From positions 1 through 64,000 of the forward strand of contig CBDBZY010000029.1 in NCBI GenBank assembly GCA_965213685.1: 64,000 nt of DNA. The letters run 5' to 3'. Under the pieces are notes generated by a model. It did not search any database. It was not told the origin of the DNA and worked only from the letters and a program-made list of their open reading frames with translations. How positions within the stretch are numbered: the first letter of the stretch is position 1; the number at the start of each line of letters is the position of its first letter. A program made the position numbers and the translations under genes. Shown piece after piece: positions 57,073 through 64,000 of this stretch. Source of the stretch: a bacterium. Lineage in GTDB: Bacteria > UBA8248.

Positions 57073-58767
57073 GTGGAGCGCAACGGCTCGCAAATCCTCA
57101 TCGAAGAGTTGAAGGCGGCAGGCGTCGAGATGGCGTTCGGCATTCCGGGCGGCGCCATCATGCCTTTCTACGATGAGCTCATGAAGTCGAACTTTCCGCA
57201 CATCCTCACCCGGCACGAACAGGGAGCCGCCCACATGGCGGACGGATACGCGCGCGTGAGCGGCAAGGTGGCCGCCGTGGTCACCACCTCCGGCCCCGGG
57301 GCCACCAACCTCATCACCGGACTCGCCAACGCGCAGATGGATTCCGTGCCGCTCATCGCCATCACCGGCCAGGTGGCGACCGGCATGATCGGCACCGACG
57401 CCTTCCAGGAAGCCGACATGTATGGCTGCTCGATTCCGGTCACGAAGTTCAACTGGCTCATCAAGGACGTTCGCGAAATCCAGCGCGTCGCGCGCGAGGC
57501 GATTCGCGCGGCGACGACGGGACGACCGGGCCCCGTTCTGCTCGATTTTCCCAAGGACATCCAGATCGCCAGGACGGACTACGCGCCGCGGCCGCCCGGC
57601 GCATCCCCTCCCCCGGCGCCCGGCCAGGAGCCGAACGTCGACACGGAGGGGATCGACGCGCTGCTCGAGGCCATCGAGCGCGCCAAGCGGCCCGTCATCA
57701 TTGGCGGTGCGGGCATCATCAAGTCCGGGGCGGCGGCGGAACTCACGAAATTCGCCAAGGCCGCGGGCATCCCGGTGATCAACACGCTGCTGGGGCTGGG
57801 CGGCTTTCCCGGCACGGACGAGTTGTTCCTCGGCATGCCGGGAATGCACGGCACGGCCTATGCGAACTTCGCCCTTTGCGAGTGCGATTTGCTCATCAAC
57901 CTGGGGGCGCGCTTCGACGACCGCGTAACGGGCAGGGTATCGAGCTTCTGCCCCAAGGCGACCATCGCGCACGTCGACATCGACGCCGCCGAGATTAACA
58001 AGCGGGTGCATACCCACATTCCCATCGTCGGGAACGTGCGGGACGTGCTGGCCGCGTTGAACGCGCACCTGACGCCCGGCGACTATGCGGCCTGGCGCAG
58101 GACGTGCCTGGGCTGGAAGCGGGACTACCCCCTCCAGTATGACGCGGACGGCACCATCAAGCCCCAGTACGTGATCGACGAGATTCAGGAGATCACCGGG
58201 GGGAACGGCATCTATGCGACCGGGGTGGGCCAGCACCAGATGTGGGCGGCGCAATTCATCCGCTTCAACGAACCGAAGGCCTGGGTGACCTCCGGCGGCC
58301 TCGGGACGATGGGCTTTGGCCTTCCCGCCGCCATCGGCGCGAAATTCGCCCGCCCCCAGAAAGACGTCTGGCTCATCGACGGCGACGGCAGCTTTGCGAT
58401 GACGCTCGTCGAACTCGCCACGGCGGCGACCTACAACGTTCCCGTGAAGGTCGCCATCCTGAACAACGCCTACCTCGGCATGGTCCGCCAGTGGCAGGAG
58501 CTGTTCTTCGAGAAACGCTATTCGCACTCCCATTATCCGGAAAATCCGGACTTCGCCGCCATCGCGGAGGGTTATGGCGTCAAGGGCATCAACGTCAGCG
58601 ACGTGGGCGAGGTGCGGAGCGCCCTCCAGCGCGCGGCCGCGCATGACGGCCCCGTGGTTCTGAACTTCCTCGTCAACAAAGAGGAAAACGTCTGGCCCAT
58701 GGTTCCCGCCGGTGCGGGAAACGACGAGATGCAGCTCGCACCGCCCTCAGCGGAAGCGCGATCATGA
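57073..58767 (+). CDS. ilvB: Acetolactate synthase large subunit, copy 2
   Basis: Same AHAS motif set (GIPGGA, RHEQG, GMPGMHG, GDGSF, GMVRQWQ) but clearly divergent from copy 1. Confidence 0.95.
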   Translation: MERNGSQILIEELKAAGVEMAFGIPGGAIMPFYDELMKSNFPHILTRHEQGAAHMADGYARVSGKVAAVVTTSGPGATNLITGLANAQMDSVPLIAITGQVATGMIGTDAFQEADMYGCSIPVTKFNWLIKDVREIQRVAREAIRAATTGRPGPVLLDFPKDIQIARTDYAPRPPGASPPPAPGQEPNVDTEGIDALLEAIERAKRPVIIGGAGIIKSGAAAELTKFAKAAGIPVINTLLGLGGFPGTDELFLGMPGMHGTAYANFALCECDLLINLGARFDDRVTGRVSSFCPKATIAHVDIDAAEINKRVHTHIPIVGNVRDVLAALNAHLTPGDYAAWRRTCLGWKRDYPLQYDADGTIKPQYVIDEIQEITGGNGIYATGVGQHQMWAAQFIRFNEPKAWVTSGGLGTMGFGLPAAIGAKFARPQKDVWLIDGDGSFAMTLVELATAATYNVPVKVAILNNAYLGMVRQWQELFFEKRYSHSHYPENPDFAAIAEGYGVKGINVSDVGEVRSALQRAAAHDGPVVLNFLVNKEENVWPMVPAGAGNDEMQLAPPSAEARS

Positions 58768-59267
58768 GGCAGGTCTATTCCATTCTCGTGAACAACCACG
58801 CGGGCGTGCTCTCCCACGTGGCCGGCCTGTTCACGCGCCGCGGCTACAACATCGAGAGCATCGCCGCCGGACCGACGGAGAACGCCGAAATCACCCGCAT
58901 CGTCATCGTCGCCATCGGCGAGGAGAACGAGCTCGACCAAATCGCCAAGCAGCTCCGCAAGCTCTACGACGTGCGGGAGGTCGACCAGATATCCTACAAC
59001 CAGGCGGTCACGCGCGAACTCGTCCTGGCGACGATCCGGGCGCCGGTGAGCCAGAGAAGCGAAGTCATACAGCTCGCCAACGCCTTCGGCGCGCAGGTGA
59101 TCAACGTGACCGACGAGACGGTCACGCTCGAGGCGAGCGGCAACGACCACAAGGTTCGAACCCTCATCAAGGCCTTCGAGAGCTACGGCATATCGCAAAT
59201 AGCGCGCACGGGGATGATTTCGCTCCCCTACGACGGAATGCCCGAGGACTGGGAGCCCATCGCATAA
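58764..59267 (+). CDS. ilvN: Acetolactate synthase small (regulatory) subunit, copy A
   Basis: ACT domain NNHAGVL...FTRRGYNIESI; EL.L; IARTG. ATGA overlap with ilvB copy 2. Confidence 0.93.
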   Translation: MRQVYSILVNNHAGVLSHVAGLFTRRGYNIESIAAGPTENAEITRIVIVAIGEENELDQIAKQLRKLYDVREVDQISYNQAVTRELVLATIRAPVSQRSEVIQLANAFGAQVINVTDETVTLEASGNDHKVRTLIKAFESYGISQIARTGMISLPYDGMPEDWEPIA

Positions 59268-59800
59268 TGCCCGGAAGCGCGAACAAGAACGCGACGGACG
59301 AGACGCACACGATAGCGGTGCTGGTGGAGAACAAATTTGGCGTTCTCGCCAAGGTGGCGAGCCTGTTCAGCGCCCGCGGCTACAACATCGACAGCCTCTG
59401 CGTGGGCGTGACGCAAGACCCGAGCGTCTCCCGAATCACCCTCGTCACGCGCGGGGACGAAAAGATTCTCGAGCAGATCCGCAAACACCTCAGCAAGCTC
59501 ATCGACACCTTCAAGGTGATGGACATGGGGGAGACGGAGAGCGTCGAGCGGGAGATGATTCTCATCAAGGTTTCGGCGCCGAAATCCGCGCGCCCGGACA
59601 TCTTTCAAGTCATCGAGATTTTTCGCGGGCGCATCGTCGACGTGTCCTCGGACACCATCACGGTCGAGGTCACCGGCGATGAGGGGAAAATTCGCGCCAT
59701 CCTGAACCTGCTCCAGCCGTTCGGCATCAAGGAGATCGCCCGCACGGGCAAGGTCGCCCTCACCCGCGGAGCCAAAACGCTCAAGGGCGCCAAAAGCTAG
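59267..59800 (+). CDS. ilvN: Acetolactate synthase small (regulatory) subunit, copy B
   Basis: C-terminal part of ORF 58712..59800; ATG 59267 (TAATG overlap); VENKFGVL...FSARGYNIDSL...EIARTGKVAL. Confidence 0.93.
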   Translation: MPGSANKNATDETHTIAVLVENKFGVLAKVASLFSARGYNIDSLCVGVTQDPSVSRITLVTRGDEKILEQIRKHLSKLIDTFKVMDMGETESVEREMILIKVSAPKSARPDIFQVIEIFRGRIVDVSSDTITVEVTGDEGKIRAILNLLQPFGIKEIARTGKVALTRGAKTLKGAKS

Positions 59801-59804
59801 CCGC

Positions 59805-60461
59805 ATGCGAACGAAGAGCCACGCCCGCAGGCCGCCCGTCGCGAGAGAGGGCTGGGGCTACGTTGCGGGCCTGTGCGCCATCGGCCTCCTCTCGATCCTC
59901 TTCGGGGGCTGGGCGTGGGCGATTGTTTTCTGGGCGATGGGCGCGGCCGTGGCCGGATTCTTCAGGGACCCCCACCGCACTCCGCCGGATGAGCCGGGCG
60001 TCGTGCTGTCCCCGGCGGACGGGCGGGTCGTGGAGGTCGCATCCACCGGGGACGGCGGCGGCGTGGTGCGGATTTTCCTCTCCCCCCTGGACGTTCACAT
60101 CAACCGCTCCCCCGTGGAGGGGAGAATTTCGAGCGTCCGTTACCGGAAAGGCCGGTTTCTGGCCGCCTATAAAGAGGACGCCTCGAGCGTCAACGAGCAA
60201 AACGCCCTGGAAATCGAAACGGACGCCGGCAAGCGCTTTGGCGTCGTCCAAATCGCCGGCGTCCTGGCCCGCCGCATCGTCTGTTGGCGGCGGGCGGGCG
60301 ACGTCCTCGGCGCGGGGGAGCGCTTCGGGCTGATTCAGTTCGGCTCGCGCACCGACCTGTATTTGCCTGGCGGGTATGATATCATCGCGCGGCGGGGACA
60401 GCGCGTGCGCGGAGGAGAAACCATCATTGGACGGAGAACAGACCGGGCGGCCGCGCAGTAG
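59805..60461 (+). CDS. psd: Phosphatidylserine decarboxylase proenzyme
   Basis: FFRDP, SPADG, IFLSPLDVHINRSP, QIAG and FGS cleavage motif. Confidence 0.95.
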   Translation: MRTKSHARRPPVAREGWGYVAGLCAIGLLSILFGGWAWAIVFWAMGAAVAGFFRDPHRTPPDEPGVVLSPADGRVVEVASTGDGGGVVRIFLSPLDVHINRSPVEGRISSVRYRKGRFLAAYKEDASSVNEQNALEIETDAGKRFGVVQIAGVLARRIVCWRRAGDVLGAGERFGLIQFGSRTDLYLPGGYDIIARRGQRVRGGETIIGRRTDRAAAQ

Positions 60462-61266
60462 ATTTGTCCGCCGTCCGCGCAGGAGAAGGCGTCGCTCCAG
60501 AAGGCGCTCCTACCAGCGAGGGATATACCTCGTCCCCAACCTGCTGACGACGGGTAGCCTCTTCGCCGGATTCTACGCGATAGTCGCCTCCATCCAGGGA
60601 GACTTCGCCTGGGCCTCCCTGGCCATTCTGCTGGCCATCTTCCTGGACGGGGTTGACGGCACCGTCGCCCGGTTGACGAAGAGCACAAGCGCCTTTGGCC
60701 TTCAATACGACTCGCTATGCGATCTGACGGCTTTCGGCGTCGCTCCCGCCGTTCTGATATACACGTGGGCTCTCGCCCCGTATGGGAGAATCGGCTGGCT
60801 GGCCGCATTCATATTCGCCGCCTGCGGCGCATTGCGGCTCGCGCGCTTCAACGTGATGGCCCAGGCCGGGGGCGGCTCGCTCGATTTCCGGGGGCTGCCG
60901 ATACCGGGTGCGGCCGGCGTGTTGGCCTCCATCGTGTATCTGGCCGAGGATTTCGCGCTCAAGGCCTACATTCCTCTCATCGCGGTCGCTGCGCTCGGCT
61001 ACATTCTGGCGTTCCTGATGGTCAGCACCATTCGCTACAAGAGCTTCAAGGATTTGAGCGGACCGCTCAAAAGGCCGTTTCGCGTCCTCGTCGGCGCCGT
61101 GCTCGCCCTGTTCGTCGCGGCGGCGATCCCCCAGGTGGTCGCCTGCGTCGCGTTCGGCGGCTACGCCGCGTCCGGCCCTTTGGGGACGATCCGGAGGTGG
61201 CGTAGGAAGGCGAAGCCGGAGCCCCCCCCGGAGGTTCTCGAAAAAAACCATGCGGAATCCTCCTAG
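60427..61266 (+). CDS. pssA: CDP-diacylglycerol--serine O-phosphatidyltransferase
   Basis: TTG 60427 after GGAGGAG; PNLLT, DGVDGTVAR, DSLCD..AFGVAP, LRLARFN and GLPIP motifs. Confidence 0.95.
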   Translation: MDGEQTGRPRSRFVRRPRRRRRRSRRRSYQRGIYLVPNLLTTGSLFAGFYAIVASIQGDFAWASLAILLAIFLDGVDGTVARLTKSTSAFGLQYDSLCDLTAFGVAPAVLIYTWALAPYGRIGWLAAFIFAACGALRLARFNVMAQAGGGSLDFRGLPIPGAAGVLASIVYLAEDFALKAYIPLIAVAALGYILAFLMVSTIRYKSFKDLSGPLKRPFRVLVGAVLALFVAAAIPQVVACVAFGGYAASGPLGTIRRWRRKAKPEPPPEVLEKNHAESS

Positions 61267-61494
61267 GCTCTCCTCCGGACGGCGCCACGACGCACGCGCC
61301 CCGTCCGTTTTCCCGATTGCGCTCCCGCCCGACACCCTTCATAATCGAGCGCATTAGACGGCCCAATCCACCACATGACGCGACCACTTTTCAAACGCCC
61401 GACCCATCCGGGGCTGGAGAGGTTTCACGCAAATCCCGGCTGCAAAAGGAAAAGGGTTCGCCAAGCCGCGATGACGAAAGGGCCCGCCTTGCAT

Positions 61495-63819
61495 ATGCCG
61501 AAATCCGCTTTCTGGAAAACCCGGGCGCTTTGTTTGCCGTTCATCGTTTTCGCCCTCGCGTTTTTCTGGCGGCCGCCCCACCCGGCGGCACAATCCGCCC
61601 CCGCCGGCGCGCAAAGCCCGTCGCCGGCCACCCCGCCTCCGGCGAGCGACGCGGGGTTGCGGTTTTTGAGAGACCCCGGCGCGGCCATCGCCATTACGGC
61701 GGATCAGATCATCGAGGACAGGAAGCGGCAGCGCATCATCGGCCGCGGGGATTCGGACATCCGCTATCTCGGCAACCGAATCCAGGCGGACTACATCGAC
61801 GTGCAAACGGCCACCCGCGACGGCGTGGCCACGGGGAACGTCGTCTTTCACTCCGGGGACGACCGCCTCACGGCCAGCCGCGTCGAGTTCAACCTCGACA
61901 CGGAGCGCATGGTCATATTCGACGCGCGCGGCTTCATCGGCGCCACCCACTACGTGACGGGGCAGATGGTTCGACGCCTCTCCGAGGATCGATTCGAAGT
62001 CCAGGATGGCACCTTCACCACGTGCGAAGGCGACCTTCCCGACTGGGCTTTCGGCTTCAGGAGCGCCATCTTTCAGGTGGAGGGCTACGCCCGGCTTCAG
62101 TCCCCCGTCATGACGGTGAAGGGCGCGCCCGCCGCGTTTCTCCCTTGGGCCATGGTTCCCGTCAAGACCAAAAGAGCCACCGGCTTTCTCGTGCCGGACG
62201 TCGGTTACGGCAGCCGGAGCGGCCTTCAGTTTTCCCCCTTGTTTTTCTGGGCCATCAACGAATGGTCGGACGCCACCCTGGGGGTCGATTACTTCAGCAG
62301 GCGCGGCACCCGCTACAAGGGGGAGTATCGCTACACCCCGAGCCAGAACACGTCGGGAGAGATCGCGGGGCGGTACCTGGAAGACAGGCTCGAGGGAGCG
62401 ACCTTTGAGGACATCAAGGGCTTCCACCGGACGGATTTCGGCGCCGGCTCCCGTTTGCACGCGGTGCTCGACATGGAGAAGCGCCCCGCCCCCAAGGACA
62501 GCTCCCTCGAAAGCGACCTGGTGGCGCGCACGCGCCAGCGCACGGACAGCCACGTCACCTTCCAGCAAGACCTCCCCCGCATCTCCGGCCAACTGCAGAT
62601 AGGGGCAAGGCGAGAGGAGGGATTGAACGAAAAAGAGGGGCAAGTATTCCAGAAGGCGCCGGAAATCGTGGTGGACATCCAGGACAGGCGCCTCGGCTCA
62701 AGTGACCTGTACTTCAAGATGAACTCCTCCCTCATCCGTTTCCGAAAAACCGAAGCCGACAGAACGGTGCGCTTGAGCCGGTTTCACGCCGAGCCGTCCC
62801 TGTCGCTTCATCTGGCGTCGTTCCCCTGGCTCCAGGTGACGCCCGAAATCGGACTTCGCAAAACCTACTGGACCCATCAAAAAGCGGACCGGAGCGTGGG
62901 GCGCGTCCCGGATGCGGACGAACTGCTGGAAGACGGCCTGGGGCGCGACATGTGGTTCGCGAGGCTCCATACGGTCGGCCCGCGATACAGCAAGATATAC
63001 CGGGGCGCCCTTGGCCCCTTCCGGGATTTCAAGCACATCATATCGCTGGAGACGACGTACAAATACAGCCCGGCGAATGACGCCGAAGACAGGCGGCTGA
63101 TCATTCCGTTCGATTCGGTAGACACCCGCGGGGACGAAAACGCCATTGAGTACGCCCTCGTGAACCGCGTGCTGACAAAGCTGCCCCGAAAAAACGGCCA
63201 CGAGACGAGACAGCTGCTCCGGTATGAAATCCGCCAGGAGTACAACGTCGATGAAGCCCGAAGAAGCCAGCGTCTCTTCACGCGCCCCAGACGCACTTTC
63301 AGCGACATCACGTTCAAGCTGGTATCCGAACCCATATCCTCGTTTCGCCTGCTCCAGGAAATCAAATACAACCCGTATGATTCGGAGATCAGCGAACACT
63401 CCACGGACCTGTTTCTTCATAGCGGCCAGGACTGGTATCTGGGCGTGGACCGAACCTGGAAGCGGCAAAGAAACAGTTTTCCCAAAAGCGAGGGAAGCAG
63501 CTCCATCAATTTCGCAGGCGGCTTCTCCATCAACCAGAGGCTCTTTCTGGAATACATCACGCGCCTGAACGAAACCGAGGAGACCACCATCGAGCGAAGC
63601 ATCAGCGCCCGCTACCGGGACTGCTGCTGGGCAATGGAGCTCACCTACACGGCCCTGGAGGATCAAGACGACATTTTCTTCGGGTTCAGCCTCCTCGGCG
63701 TGTTCGAAGCGGAAAGGTCCCCGAGGTTCCGGACCGGAAAGAGCATCTGGCGCGGAAGCATGTTCTCCGGAAGCGACCTGCTGAAAAGCCGTCGGCCGGG
63801 GCGCCGGCCCTCTAGGTAG
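61495..63819 (+). CDS. lptD: LPS-assembly protein LptD (start uncertain, 61375-61495)
   Basis: Signal peptide; OstA-like N-terminal domain (ITADQI, IQAD, ATGNV, FTTC); R.TGFL.P; barrel with C-terminal YRDCCW and FSLLG. Confidence 0.88.
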   Translation: MPKSAFWKTRALCLPFIVFALAFFWRPPHPAAQSAPAGAQSPSPATPPPASDAGLRFLRDPGAAIAITADQIIEDRKRQRIIGRGDSDIRYLGNRIQADYIDVQTATRDGVATGNVVFHSGDDRLTASRVEFNLDTERMVIFDARGFIGATHYVTGQMVRRLSEDRFEVQDGTFTTCEGDLPDWAFGFRSAIFQVEGYARLQSPVMTVKGAPAAFLPWAMVPVKTKRATGFLVPDVGYGSRSGLQFSPLFFWAINEWSDATLGVDYFSRRGTRYKGEYRYTPSQNTSGEIAGRYLEDRLEGATFEDIKGFHRTDFGAGSRLHAVLDMEKRPAPKDSSLESDLVARTRQRTDSHVTFQQDLPRISGQLQIGARREEGLNEKEGQVFQKAPEIVVDIQDRRLGSSDLYFKMNSSLIRFRKTEADRTVRLSRFHAEPSLSLHLASFPWLQVTPEIGLRKTYWTHQKADRSVGRVPDADELLEDGLGRDMWFARLHTVGPRYSKIYRGALGPFRDFKHIISLETTYKYSPANDAEDRRLIIPFDSVDTRGDENAIEYALVNRVLTKLPRKNGHETRQLLRYEIRQEYNVDEARRSQRLFTRPRRTFSDITFKLVSEPISSFRLLQEIKYNPYDSEISEHSTDLFLHSGQDWYLGVDRTWKRQRNSFPKSEGSSSINFAGGFSINQRLFLEYITRLNETEETTIERSISARYRDCCWAMELTYTALEDQDDIFFGFSLLGVFEAERSPRFRTGKSIWRGSMFSGSDLLKSRRPGRRPSR

Positions 63820-63876
63820 AATGGCCACGCCGGATTTTTTGGGGGATTTTTGGGGGAAGAAGGGGCGGCCGCAGGC

Positions 63877-63906
63877 TTGACATCCCCCCAGGGGTGTCCT
63901 CATTAT
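63877..63906 (+). promoter_or_regulatory. Putative sigma70 promoter with an overlapping inverted repeat, for a gene beyond the window
   Basis: TTGACA-18-CATTAT; GACATCCC-CCA-GGGGTGTC dyad. Confidence 0.4.
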
Positions 63907-64000
63907 TTGACAGCCCGAACAGGGAGAAGGAAGCGATTTCATCCACATTTTCAGCCGCCGTCCCGCCCATGCATCCTGCGATGACAGCTCCCCTCCGAGC

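Noticed and set aside
219-63948. Many long antisense or alternate-frame ORFs (for example 35779..38076 +, 55087..56874 -, 32597..34237 +, 21818..23422 -, 4552..6072 +)
   Set aside because: They are shadows of real genes in high-GC DNA: Arg/Gly/Pro-rich, no recognisable motifs, and fully overlapping well-supported CDSs.

Overview
GC-rich bacterial chromosomal window, densely coding. I found no rRNA, tRNA, integrase/transposase or bona fide CRISPR-cas locus. The right two-thirds is mostly housekeeping: DEAD-box helicase, HU, hisC, larE-larB-larC plus a ThiS/MoaD-type sulfur carrier, two large TPR proteins with exbB/exbD/tonB-like genes, panC, folK, dapL, dapB, an ECF sigma/anti-sigma/Spy-CpxP cluster, dapF-lysA-lptM-argH, an MFS transporter, the F0 part of ATP synthase followed by rex, tsaB, doubled ilvB and ilvN, psd-pssA and lptD. 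The left third mixes core genes (mrp, etfBA, pgk, CBS/CGL, msrP) with accessory catabolic enzymes. Highlights: (1) a hidden selenoprotein at 17770-18462, an iodothyronine-deiodinase-like thioredoxin-fold protein read through an in-frame TGA that is followed by a bacterial SECIS-like hairpin; (2) a translationally coupled ABC/AAA ATPase plus small PD-(D/E)XK-like protein pair that may be an uncharacterised defence module; (3) a ubiquitin-like sulfur carrier directly after the nickel-pincer cofactor genes; (4) a 7Fe ferredoxin fused through a transmembrane helix to an unknown extracytoplasmic domain; (5) a TPR-TPR-ExbB-ExbD-TonB operon with no receptor. Three genes carry a single extra base in a G/C run, which may be sequencing error. 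All family assignments come from motif recognition by eye; no database search was run.
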